From Octopus vulgaris (lineage: Eukaryota): a stretch of DNA of 64,000 nt. A program made the translations under genes and the position numbers. A model generated the notes under the pieces. That model was not told the origin of the DNA, did no database searches, and worked only from the letters and a program-made list of their open reading frames with translations. The stretch spans positions 26,536,001-26,600,000 of the forward strand of contig OX597832.1 of the NCBI GenBank assembly GCA_951406725.2, given 5' to 3'. Shown here piece by piece: positions 37,937 to 50,838 of the stretch (its first letter is position 1; every line of letters begins with the position of its first letter).

Positions 37937-38874
37937 GTAATTTATTTTATAAAATAATGGTAATTATGGATATATTATTTGTTTGTCGTTGGTAGAATGA
38001 GTTTGGTTTACACTCGCCAATATAGTTTTTGCTGATCTGTATCAGAGACTTATTTGCGGGGAAGAAAGTGGAGGAAAACCAAATTTCGAAACCACATTAG
38101 TTTCTCACCCATTACGTCATTTTGTTCTTATGACCAGGAAAGCTGCCCATTATTATTATTATATCTGGAACCGATTTTCCAAGGTTACGCTCTTGAATAA
38201 ACTGCTAAAGCTCGAGGCGAAAGAGGGAGAGGTCCTCTTTCGATGTCTGTTTCCCGTCTTTAATAATTAAACAGCAATAAAATACTGAATTCTTCATCAA
38301 TATCTTTATGATCGTGATGTATTTTGGCACCATCCAAAAGATTAAATGGGCATTTAATGAAGGCATATTTCAGAGCAAGTTCATGAAAGCTGTTGAAGTC
38401 TCATTTCTTGTATCACTCTGTCGAGCAAAGAAAGCATTCCTCTCCTCGATTTAATGCCGTATGGGCAATTCAAGATCTTGTGGTCCTTCACCAAACATTT
38501 CTTTCTTCTTCAGCAGTGTTAAAGACATAAAATCAGAAAATTTCAAACTACATGGCGCAGCAAAAAGAGTGATTCTGGGCATACTTATAGAAATGTGCCC
38601 CCCCATCGACTTTGTTTCCTTATAACTTTCAGTAAAATAGATATTTTTCTAATAAAATTTTCTGCAAACACGTCTCAGGATGTGTAGATTACGTTTATAT
38701 CGGAATTTAGTGTGAAAAAAAAAATCTTTTTAAATTGGTGACCACGCGGACATAGAATCAAATATCACATTTTTAAAAATTCCATTTCATTTTGTAGATC
38801 TGTATGGGTGCGCCCTCCAACATTTTTCTTTCCTTTTCACATTAAATTCCGAAACTGATCGGGTGTTAGTTTAC

Positions 38875-39131
38875 GGGTAGTACTTAAGAACAGTGGTCCC
38901 AGTGCGCGCACTCGCGTACTCGCGCTAGCTAGTCGTGACTAGTCGATCCTACTTCCTAGCAAAGTAAATAAAACACAAAATAAATCATTTTTTTACACTA
39001 AATAATTTTTGTTAAACAAAGTAAATAACACACAAAAACACAAAGTAAAGATCGACTAGTCATGACTAGCTAGCGCGGATGCGCGAGTACGCGAGTGCGC
39101 ACACCGGGACCACTGTTCTTAACTAGTACCC
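38875..39131. mobile_element. MITE with ~75-bp GC-rich TIRs and apparent 2-bp AC TSD
   Basis: AC|GGGTAGTACTTAAGAACAGTGGTCCC ... GGGACCACTGTTCTTAACTAGTACCC|AC. Confidence 0.8.
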
Positions 39132-39356
39132 ACCTGTTGTCAAGTGATGATAGGAAATACGGTGACAGGTAATAAAGTCACAGGTTAAAAAAAGTCACAG
39201 TGATAAAGTCACTATTTTGGCTAGGAAAAAAAAGTCACAATTAATTTGTGGGACCCTGACAAAACCTCGCTAGGATAAAACCCTCGGACAAAACCCCTGT
39301 GACTTTTTTTACCTGGATTTGGACACACACACTCTCTCTCTCTCTCTCTACCTATC

Positions 39357-39395
<39 letters not shown>

Positions 39396-39761
39396 CTCTC
39401 TAACAATGGGCTTCCACTCAGTTTCGGATTACCAAATCCACTCATGAGGCTATAATAATTAGGAGCTTGCCCAAGGGGCTGCGCAATGGGACTGAACTTG
39501 AAACCACGCTGTTGCAAAGTGAGTCTCTTGTTACCCACACAGCCATTCCTTAATAAATTACTTTGAAATATTCTATTAATTTTTTTTTATAGGTACCAAA
39601 AATGTTTATGTTATCGATTTAAATTACAAAAGCTGTCTGACTGCCAAGGGCTTGTCCTTGACATATGGTGCCGTCAAATTACTCTAAATCGCAAACAATA
39701 GCTTTTATTTCTATACAGGTTTGTACAGAAGATCCAAAAGTGCCGCTCCATAAGAGTGTCG

Positions 39762-40735
39762 CCTGGGTGCGAATTTTTTTTTTTAATTCCCACGAGAGTT
39801 CCTGCTCCCAGTAACGAACTCATTTGCATACAGCCAATCAGAGCTCACCTTGAAAAAATCCACATGCTGTGTGCTACTGTTTCCAGATCAACACCAACAT
39901 TTTAAATTAGGAAATGTACAAAATCAGTCAAAAAATTAGGAAAGTACACTCATTTACATTTTCTCGTAAATTATGCAAATTGGCAACACTTATGGCATCA
40001 TTGGTGAGCAGCTCTCCATTCACTTTCATCATCATCATCATCATCGTTTAACGTCCACTTTCCATGCTAGCATGGGTTGGACGATTTGACTGAGGGCTGG
40101 TGAACCAGATGGCTGCACCAGGCTTCAATCTTGATCTGACAGAGTTTCTACAGCTGGATGCCCTTCCTAACACCAACCATTCCGAGAGTGTTGTGGGTGC
40201 TTTTACGTGCCACTGGCATGGGGCCAGTCAGGCAGTACTGGCAACGACCTCGCTCGAATCTTTTATATATGCCACTGGCACAGGTGCCAGTAAGGCGATG
40301 CTGGTAACGATCACGTTTGAATGGTATCTTTTACGTGCCACCAGCACGGAGGCCAGATAGCCACTCTGGCAACGATCATGCTCAGATGGTGCTCTTAACA
40401 CCCTACTAGCATGGGGCTCGAGTGCCAGTAAGGCGATGCTGGTAACGATCATGCTCAAATGGTGCCGTTTAAGTGCCACTGGCACTGAAGCCGGTTGGCT
40501 GCTCTGTCAATGATCACACTCATATGGTGCTCTTTGCTACCCGCTACACTAAATTTCACATTTGTCTCCCCTACTAACCCGTTTTGCTATAACACACATT
40601 TTCCACTGAACTCAACCAGAATATTTTCGTGACGAGGTGGACACTAGTTTGATAGATGAGCTCTGATTGGCTGTATGCAAATGAGTTCAATCCTGGGGTC
40701 TGGAACTCTCGTGGGAAAAAAATTTCACACCTGGG
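39762..40735. mobile_element. Non-autonomous DNA element with ~85-bp inverted repeats; family D LINE tail nested inside
   Basis: ttcccacgagagttcc...gaactcatttgcatacagccaatcagagctc (39762-39849) vs reverse complement at 40657-40735. Confidence 0.65.
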
Positions 40736-41157
40736 ATAGGCCCCTTCATCTCACAATCCCTTAGCTATTCTACTGAGGGAGAAGATAGTCAATTAGATTT
40801 ACTTCAGCGCTTTAATAATCCCGAAAGAATGTAAGGAAAACATGCCATTAGTTTCTCCAGCCTGCTGATTTCTATTCTCTTGTTCACTGCAGTTGCAAAC
40901 TTAGATTTTGCACTTTACATTTTGGCACCTTCGAAGTCAAACATATTTTTAGATATATTTAAGACACTAATTTCAAACAGGTAATCAGTTTTACTCTGTT
41001 CGTGGCTGTGTGGTAAGTAGCTTGCTAACCAACCACATAGTTCCGGGTTCAGTCCCACTGCGTGGCATCTTGGGCAAGTGTCTTCTGCTATAGCCCCGGA
41101 CCGACCAAAGCCTTGTGAGTGGATTTGGTAGACGGAAACTGAAAGAAGCCTGTCGTA

Positions 41158-41232
<75 letters not shown>

Positions 41233-42273
41233 GTGTGTGTTTGTCCCCCTAGCATTGCTTGACAACCGATGCTGGTGTGTTTATGCCCCCGTCACTTAGC
41301 GGTTCGGCAAAAGAGACCGATAGAATAAGTACTGGACTTACAAAGAATAAGTCCCGGGGTCGAGTTGCTTGACTAAAGGCGGTGCTCCAGCATGGCTGCA
41401 GTCAAATGACTGAAACAAGTCAAAGAGTAAAAGAGTATTTTAAAATTACAGCATGATGCCTTATTTCTTTATATGTTTGAAGTTACTGATGCATTAAAAT
41501 TAGGGACTCCAATCACACCTTACAGGCGTTTGGCTTATTCTTTGGTATATTTGTGTCTCTAATTTCAAAAACATCAGTTTTGAACTCTCAGCTCTAATGA
41601 GTTAATTATCTTCATTTTGATAATAACGACAATACAAGACCTCCTACAGTCATGAATGACCATGGGATTGCACTTAGAAGTTACCTTCTGAGGCACAAGT
41701 CCGGGCAAGGTTGTTTATGGAAGACCAGTAGTCGCCCATGCATACTGGCCTACCCTCTCCATGCCACCGATGTTATCCAAGGGAAAGGCAAAGGGGCTGA
41801 TACAGCTTGGCACCAGTGACGTTGCAACTCATTTCTACAGCTGAGTAAACTGGAGCAATGTGAAATAAAGTGTCTTGCTCAAGAACACAACATCCAGTCC
41901 GGGAAAGAACTATCTCATGACTCAGAGCCAGACACACGAACCACTGAGCCATAACAATACTAATAATGTTACTTATACATTGTTGCTATTAAAACAACCA
42001 CAATTTCAGTGCAAAAGCTTAAAGCAAGGAAATTTTATGACTCTTAGATAAGAAAGCTTCTAAAATATTCTTATTTCATAAATTCAATGCACAAAAGTGA
42101 GTTATGCATGGCCTTGGTTTGTCCTAGTTGGCAGAAATTTGTAAACAACTGCTGTGCAGAAGTCTGTCGTTTTGCATGCATTTGATGCAGGACCAGTTAA
42201 AAACCAGTTTTTGTGTCACAAAGGAAACTTAGCCACTCAATACATATCTATCTATCTATCTATCATTCTATCT

Positions 42274-42444
<171 letters not shown>

Positions 42445-43047
42445 AGAAGGTTTGAAAATGCAATTTTAAAGATGTTTATTCACTTGACCGGTTTCACTTT
42501 TTTTAGAAAAAGATTGTCAAATGTAAAGCTTTGTATAAGCTTTGTTGTGTTAAGTACTGGATGTCATAAAAGTATTAAGATACATATGTACATTCTTTGA
42601 TAATAATAAGAAAATGTTAAAAACAGTTTACAAGAAAGTATTAGGAGTTCAATAAAAATCATGTTTGTTTGGTAGTATATATATACACACAGAAGGAGAT
42701 ATATTTAAGAGTTTACAAAGAATTCCAGAGGAACCAACCTGTCTTTCTGGCATTTTTTATCTTGTGTGTAGCTAAGGATTGTTTGCTATTTTAAGGGACA
42801 GTGTGGGAGGTTGGTTGGGGTGGGGGAAAGGAAGAGCAATGTGGAATTAAAAGGATTTTTAAAATTCTCCTAATACTTTTTTTGCTAGTTCACAAAAACT
42901 TTTTTTTCTAATATTAATGATGAGAACTGATGACGATGACAGTGAAGACGATGACGACGACGATGACGAAAACGATGATGTCGATCATGATGATGAAATG
43001 TCACAAAGAAAAACTTTGTTCTTTAGTCTATAAAACGCTAATAGTTT

Positions 43048-43113
<66 letters not shown>

Positions 43114-43348
43114 ATCTTCATTTCTCTTCGTCTAACATAACCGCAGCTGTGAACTGGTTTTCTTTTGTTCCGTTGCTGCCATCAGTCATTGGACTGTAGC
43201 CGCGGCCATGATGGAGCATCTCATCACTTATGTTTTAATATAATGTTCTTGTTTGTGACACGTTTCCAGCTTCTTGTGTTTCCTTTTGTATTAGGTGGTA
43301 AATCATCACCACCACCACTACCACCACCACCATCATCACCACCACAAC

Positions 43349-43392
<44 letters not shown>

Positions 43393-43839
43393 CTATGCAC
43401 AAGGACCTCTAATGACATATTCATGATAAAAAAAAAGGTGGGTTGATAAGATCCTAGCTTTAATAAGGGTGTCACGAAAGGCCTGGTCAGAGGCCCACCC
43501 TTCTGAGTTCTTTTACATTTGGGTCAAGCTTTTCACGAGTGGACTTCTTTGTTGCTAAAAGCTCATTTATCCCCATACCATTGGAATCAAACCAGTCTCA
43601 GTGCTGTCTCTTCTTAAAATCTAACGACCTTTGATCCCATTTTATACATTCCATCCTGAAAAGATGGCCATGAAACATCAAAATGAACATTGTTGCATCT
43701 CTCCTGAAATAACTGCCAAACATAGACTTTCCATTTCTTCAAAGATTTTGCCTTTTTCCTTATTGATGACAGTGTTCTTTATCCATGGGATTTCAGATTT
43801 GATATGTGCTAAAATCTTGTCTTTATTATGTATAATCGT

Positions 43840-43985
<146 letters not shown>

Positions 43986-44027
43986 TATATACATACAAGA
44001 TATATATATATATATATATATACATAC

Positions 44028-44428
44028 ATACAAGATAAGAAAATGGAGAAATACATCTAAATCAAATATCAATTACACGATAATACTCTATCACATACTT
44101 TATTAGACCACCACATAAGAGACTGTAGGGTTACATATAAAAAGCAGTATATTTAACCCTACAGTCTCTTATGTGGAGGTTTAATAAAGTATGTGATTGA
44201 GTATTATCTGTAATTGATATTTGATTTAGATGTATTTCTCCATTTTCTTATCTTGTATTAGTAATTTGTGGTAAATCATTTTACCTTTTGCCCATATAAT
44301 ACAGTAAATGAATTGATTGCATCACAATTATTAACATTTATGTATTAACTTTGTTGGGTACTTCACTAGCAGTATATTGGATATATGTTATCCCATGGAG
44401 GGTTGCATTTACAACCCCTATCTCAATT

Positions 44429-44430
<2 letters not shown>
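44028..44430 (+). mobile_element. AT-rich (TA)n-inserted element with terminal fold-back (44028-44133 / 44154-44258) and ...CTCAATT end
   Basis: Inverted arms directly visible; last ~100 bp identical to 57158-57253; (TA)n on both sides. Strand inferred from the shared end. Confidence 0.7.
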
Positions 44431-44469
<39 letters not shown>

Positions 44470-44472
<3 letters not shown>

Positions 44473-44798
44473 CTTCGTTGAACTGTCTAAAGTCATAAGA
44501 CACCCGCTGTCTTTGTTCTGTTATTACTATTATTGTTTTTTGTATTTATATTCGTGTGGCATCGTCCGTTTTTCTGTCCTTGTTTCATATACATTCAATC
44601 CTTTTTCCAAGAAATCTAATGCTTGTAGCTTAGTTTTTCCTCGGGGCTGACCAGATCGGAGCGATCTCAAGATTAATCAGCCGAAATTGCGAGGATGATC
44701 CGGTTCTTGACTGAAGATTGAAGGTTTCGAATGTCCCATCCGTGTTTTTTGTATCGTCTTCTAAATGTTTTGCGTTCTTGTCCCAGTTTGTATTTTTC

Positions 44799-44800
<2 letters not shown>
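44470..44800 (+). mobile_element. (TA)n-flanked T-rich element with conserved RNA-structure motif (copy A)
   Basis: Homologous to 47955-48240; compensatory base changes between copies. Confidence 0.65.
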
Positions 44801-44846
<46 letters not shown>

Positions 44847-45479
44847 GTGTGTGTGTGTGTGTGTGTGTCCATGATGAAAGCTTCTGGTGAAACAAAATAT
44901 ACCTTGTCATATTTATGGGTATGAATAAAATGTATGTGTGTCTGTATGTGTATGTATACGTGTGTGTGTGTGTGTGTGTGTGTGTAATAATAGACAATTT
45001 GAAATATAGAATGCAAACAGTGCTACTTAAAGACTGACAAGAATGGACAAAGTGCCAAATGATGACAATGGAATGTACTTCCGCTGTCCTCTTGGCATGA
45101 GGTGACCAACACCGACAAATAAGAAAGTGGAGTGTTCATATCTATAAATATGTTAGTTTTCACAGACCATGTGACAGAATTAATAGGATTAGCAAAGATA
45201 ATTAGCACTTGAGACTTATCTAACCCGTGATAGATGTAAGGAAAATAGATTTTAACGAGTTTTTATATCAGTCGACCCGAGACTGACCTTGGGTCTAAGA
45301 TACAAACTTCCTGGTTTGAAGTGACCATAGCCAGGTGCAGCTTCCCAACCACATTGTCCTGGGTTCAATCCCACTGTGTGGCACCTTGGGAAAGTGTCTT
45401 GTACTGTAGCCTCAAGCTGACCAAAGTCTTGTAAGTGGAATTGGTAGATGGAAACTGAAAGAAGCCTTTTGTATATCTT

Positions 45480-45744
45480 AACACTGAACACCTTTTTGAT
45501 CTCCATGTGTCTAACACACGTGGACATGCCTACAAAGTCAGAAAACAATACAGCTCCCATGACTTTCGGAAACATTTTTTCACGCTCAGAGTTGCTGAAG
45601 CATGGAATAAACTGCCTGCGTCAGTTGTTGACTGCCATGACACTGCATCTTTTAAGGCCCTCATGCTTTCCGAAATCCGCCGAAACTTCACCTGATTATA
45701 TATACACTTTAGATGAGTTGTAGTGCACCTGAGCACTGTACACA

Positions 45745-45770
<26 letters not shown>
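45480..45770 (+). mobile_element. CR1-clade LINE 3' fragment with (ATT)n tail
   Basis: SNTRGHAYKVRK...RKHFFTLRVAEAWNKLPASVV...FK is the characteristic CR1 ORF2 C-terminus. Confidence 0.8.
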
Positions 45771-45776
<6 letters not shown>

Positions 45777-46283
45777 AAACTGAGAATGTCTGTCTGTCTG
45801 TGTGAAGCCCTAAAACTCGAGAACTACCCAACCGATTACATTCAAATTCTACACATGCCTTACTTAGGGTCCAAGCAGTGTCATGGGCCAAAATTTTCAG
45901 CTTCTTGCCTAATGCGAGTCCAGAATAATCTCTTATCTCTTACACTCTTTCAGTATTACGTGTCAAAAGTGAAACAACAACATCTCTCTATTGTAATGTG
46001 AGGTACTTTCACTTTAATAGTTCCACTTTAATACTGAAACTATTAAAGTGAAACTATTATCTCACATATATACATGCATATATATATTATCGTTTCCATG
46101 TTTTTGTTTTTGTCTCTCGTTGTGCTCTATGTTTATTTGCGGTGTCCTGTACTCATATATGCATGTATATATACATATAGATGTAGGTATGTACATATAT
46201 GTATGTATGCATATGTTTTATTTATTAATTTGTTATTTTATGATCGAATGCCACGCATTCACTTCCAAGTAAGTTTTATCTTA

Positions 46284-46325
<42 letters not shown>

Positions 46326-47078
46326 CCCTCTGCTTTGCCCATTTGCAGAGATAAAGCCTGTATATTGATTCCATCACATGCGGCCTTGATAATTTAGTAG
46401 GTTGACCTGACCACATTGCATTTTCTTACCACTGACCAGTAGACATTAAACAACTTCTTATTTTAGAATATGTACCGCCATAAATAAACATAAACTATTG
46501 GAACCATGCTCTCCTTTCTTGTTTGAAGTGCAGAAAACTGGGTCACCAGAGTCAATTATTCTTTCTCCCTCCTAAAAACTCCAATAACCCCTAAATTTCT
46601 CTGTTCTGACCAAATACACGGTATTCTGGTAAATTCATTCTACCAACTGAAATAATAGCAGAATCAATGTAAATGTTTTTGTTCCATGGATTGATCGTTG
46701 CTAGAGCAACAAGCTGGCATCTGTGCCGATGGCACATAAAACACCATTCGAGTGTGATCTTTACCTGCATTGCCTTACTAGCACTTGTAAAAAACATTCG
46801 AGTGAGGTCATTGCCAGTGCCACAGGACTGGCTCCTGTGCAGGTGGCACATAAAAAGCACCATTTGGGCATGGTCATTGCCAGTACTGCCTGACTGGCCC
46901 TTATGCCGGTGGCACATAAAAGCACCCACTACACTCTTGGAGTGGTTGGCATTAGGAAGAGCATCCAGTTGTAGAAACCATGCCAGATCAGATTGGAGCC
47001 TGGTGCGGCCATCTGGTTCGCCTGACCTCAATCAAATCATCCAACCCATGCTAGCATGGAAAGCGGACATTAAACGAC

Positions 47079-47118
<40 letters not shown>

Positions 47119-47544
47119 TTAAATCATTCTAAATGTCTTTTAGTTTGAAGTTCATGAATTCCTCTGACAAAAATGGTTTCTTTACAAAGACGTAATATTT
47201 CCATTAATCAGTTAAAAATGTAATTAGAAACGGCTGCAATGCATTGACACCTGTACTTTTCTGTTAATCATTTATTTTTTACTCACCTGTCTTGGAATCT
47301 GCCCTTCATAAATATTATGGACAGTATATTTAACATAAAGTGCATGTCTGGACAGCTACAAGAAGATTTCCTACACTCAGCTGCGTTTAACTGTCTGCAT
47401 ATACTGCAATAATATCATTTGGCAAGTACTTATGTAACAAGTTTGGTATTTAATTAATATTGTTGTGTGTGTATATTATTCTGACTTAGAGAGGTGCCTC
47501 AGTTTAAGTACCTAATTCAATTGAACCTTAATTTTATATATATA

Positions 47545-47929
47545 CTAGCAGTATCGCCCGGCGTTGCTCAGGTTTGTAAGGGAAATAACTATAAAGCATT
47601 TTTAGAGAGTTATAGCCAAAAAATAGCAAAAAAATGGAAAAAAAATGATGGTAAATTTTTTTTGAGAGTTAAAAAAGTTAGAGTTGCGTCCCCTAGACGG
47701 TCTGTGGTTTGGGTTTCTAATTCTCGACCCCATGTCGAATTTATCGATTTTTTTCAGAACTGGGGGAACTTTTCAAAATTTTCGCTGCGTTAGTTTTGAA
47801 TTATGACATTGGGCTATGTGTGTGTCAAGTTTCATCAGAATCGGTTGAAAGCCGTGGTCAGAGTGAGGGTACGAGAAAACAGACACACAGAAACACGCAC
47901 AGACAAACTGCCGTTTATATAGAGAGAGA
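47545..47929 (-). mobile_element. Non-autonomous Helitron
   Basis: Minus strand A|TCTCTCTCTATATAAAC ... gcaacgccgggcgatactgCTAG|T; 3' end shared with the other Helitrons here. Confidence 0.8.
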
Positions 47930-47954
47930 TGTGTGTGTGTGTGTGTGTGTGTAA

Positions 47955-48240
47955 CACTATCTGTTTTTTTTTTTGTCCTTGTTTTTGTATACATTCACTG
48001 CTTTCTTCCAAGGAATCTAATGCTCTTAGCTTAGTTTCTTACTTGAGGCTGGTCAGATTGGAGTAATCTCGAGTATAATCAGCCGAAATTGCAAAGATAA
48101 TCTGGTACTCGACTGAGGAAAGAAAACTTCGAATGACCCGTCCTTGTTTTCTTTCTATCGTCTATCTGGATGTTTTGTTTTCTCCTTTTTGTATCACCTA
48201 ACTGTCCAGATGTTTTGCGTTCTTGTCTGATTTTGTATTT
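47955..48240 (+). mobile_element. T-rich element with conserved RNA-structure motif (copy B), followed by (TA)n
   Basis: Homologous to about 44560-44800. Confidence 0.65.
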
Positions 48241-49344
48241 TATATATGTATATATATATATATCACAAAAAAAATTTCAGGCCTTGTGCCTTTAGTAGAA
48301 AGGATTATTATTATTATTATTAAGGTGGTGAGCTGGCAGAGTTGTTAACACACTGGGCAAAATGCTTAGTGGTATTTTGCTCATCACTATGTTCTGAGTT
48401 CAAATTCCGCCAAGGTCGACTTTGCCTTTCATCCTTTCAGAGTCAATAAATTAAGTACCAGTGAAACACTGGGGTTGATATAATCCCCACCCCACAAATT
48501 CAAGGCCTTGTGCCAAGAATAGAAAGGATTATTTTACTATTATTTATCTGTTTATGTGAAACAAAATAGCCTCAAACCAGGAATAATGGCTGCTTTGTTA
48601 CCATTGATTTGTTGATACTTCATCACCTCAAATGTTTTCCTCCTCCTCCTCTTCCTTCTCTCTCTCACACACTTTGCCTTTGTCTCTCTCTGTTTATTTT
48701 CCAGGCTCTAGGCTGTTTTTCCTGTCAACTACCATAACCTAATGACTCTGTTGTCTTGAGTTTTTAAAAAAACAATTGTACCGAGTTATTGAAGAGAATA
48801 ATACAAACAAAAATATCTGTCTAGCCATTTACTAACACACCCCAGCCTGTATTTTAGCCCATTATTTACGTATTTAAATGTGTCCTGTACCATCAGGAGT
48901 ACAAAATGCTTGTAGTAGACAATAGGCATTTATGAAGTGAATTATCAACAAAAAAAGCTTTATTAATCTGAGAAATATGTAGCAATATTTTGGGAACAAA
49001 AAATATGACGAGAAAGTCATTATCATCGTCACGATTCTCATTATCATTTTATGTCCATTTTCAATGCTTGTATGTTTTGGCAGCTGGACAGGATCAGATG
49101 CATTGGAGAACCTTGTGTTGCTCATACGTATGTTTTGGGCATGGCTTTCTAGGGCTAGCTGATTTGTACAAGCACATATGTGCCAATATATATTGTGTGG
49201 TAAGTAGCTTGTTTACCAAGTACATGGTTCCGGGTTCAGTCCCACTGCATGGCACCTTGGGCAAGTGTCTTCTACTATAGCCTCGGGCCGACCAAAGCTT
49301 TGTGCGTGGATTTGGTAGACAGAAACTGAAAGAAGCCCGTCGTA

Positions 49345-49380
<36 letters not shown>

Positions 49381-49384
<4 letters not shown>

Positions 49385-49530
49385 TTCCTCTGTCTTCCCT
49401 TCTCCTATGTTTCCGACAAAGAGCTCCGCTCGAAACGTTAAACCCTCCTTTCCTGAGCGTCCAATAATACTATATTTGTTCCACGTCCTCGCGTTGTGTT
49501 TTTTTGTGCTTTCTTGTTTGGATTAACTTT
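49381..49530 (+). mobile_element. Short PLE-pLTR-like element with hammerhead motif (49409-49443), nested in the (TA)n of a family A SINE
   Basis: GUUU-CCGACAA-A-GAGC-ucc-GCUC-GAA-ACGU-U-AAAC, followed by ttcctgagcgtccaataatac, similar to the PLE 3' end at about 16384-16403. Confidence 0.7.
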
Positions 49531-49749
49531 ATATATATATATGCGTGTGTGTGTTTGTCCCCCCTAGCATTGCTTGACAACTGATGCTGGTATGTTTATG
49601 TCTCTGTTACTTAGCGGTTCGGCAAAAGAGACTGATAGAATAAGTACTGGGCTTACAAAGAATAAGTCCTGGGGTCGAGTTGCTCGATTAAAGGCGGTGA
49701 CCCAGCATGGCCACAGTCAAATGACTGAAACAAGTAAAAGAGAGAGTAA

Positions 49750-50181
49750 TTATTATTTGAGGGAATAAAATCCAAACTTACAAGGAAAAAGAATTCAATT
49801 TAGAAATACTAAATCAAATTCCACACAAAATAATATATATATAAAATATTAGAAAAACCCCCACCTTTTATCAATTCAAAAAGAATAACTAAATTACACC
49901 ATCTAGAAAATTACATATAATAGAAAAGTTAAAATTAAAATAATTAAAAAGTAAAGATTAAGTAAATTACAAAAATAATATAATATATATAATAGGTAGA
50001 AAAACATAAAAACCTATTATATACATTATATTATTTTTGTAATTTACTTAATCTTTAGTTTTTAATTGTTATTTTAATTTTAACTTTTCTATTATATGTA
50101 ATTTTCTAGATGGTGTAATTTAGTTATTCATTTTGAATTGATAAAAGGTGGGTTTTTTCTAATATTTTATATATATATATA
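49750..50181 (-). mobile_element. AT-rich element with terminal fold-back (49834-49997 / 50012-50181)
   Basis: ~165-bp inverted arms; minus-strand end ...ttattccCTCAAAT; abuts (TA)n. Confidence 0.6.
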
Positions 50182-50569
50182 CTTCAAAGAAAAAATGTGT
50201 GAATTGTAACTTTGCCAATAAAGAAACCCAAACACTTTTATAAATGTGGAAGATGTACCCAGCTCTTCTTTGTAAAGTTGTATTTATGGACGTCATTACT
50301 ATTATTTAAGGCCCTCACGTGAAATGAAATGTTTTAAGAATTAGCTCAGTCACTGGATATAAACACACAATGTAACATTCACACACATGCAGACACGTAC
50401 ACACACACCTCACTCTGTAACAACAGATATGAATGATGTTGGATGATTGACAGTAATTTATGACAATATTTGGTATATTTTGGCACAAGACTTTAACACA
50501 ATCATAAGTGTATGTGTGTATGTATATATGAACATACATACACACACACACATATAGATATATGTGTTT

Positions 50570-50765
50570 GTGACCGCATGTGTATCGTTGGTGATTTTTT
50601 TCCCTCCGTCTTCCCTTCTCTGGATCTTTCCTTTTCCTATGTTTCTGACAAAGAGCTCCGCTCGAAACGTTAAACCCTCCTTCTTCCCTTCCTTCCTGAG
50701 CGTCCAATAATACTATATTTGTTCCACGTCCTCGCGTTGTTGTGTTTTCATGTTTGGATTAACTT
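50570..50765 (+). mobile_element. Short PLE-pLTR-like element with hammerhead motif (50641-50675)
   Basis: GUUU-CUGACAA-A-GAGC-ucc-GCUC-GAA-ACGU-U-AAAC; ends gtttggattaact then (TA)n. Confidence 0.7.
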
Positions 50766-50792
50766 ACATATATATATGTATATCTATATCTA

Positions 50793-50838
<46 letters not shown>

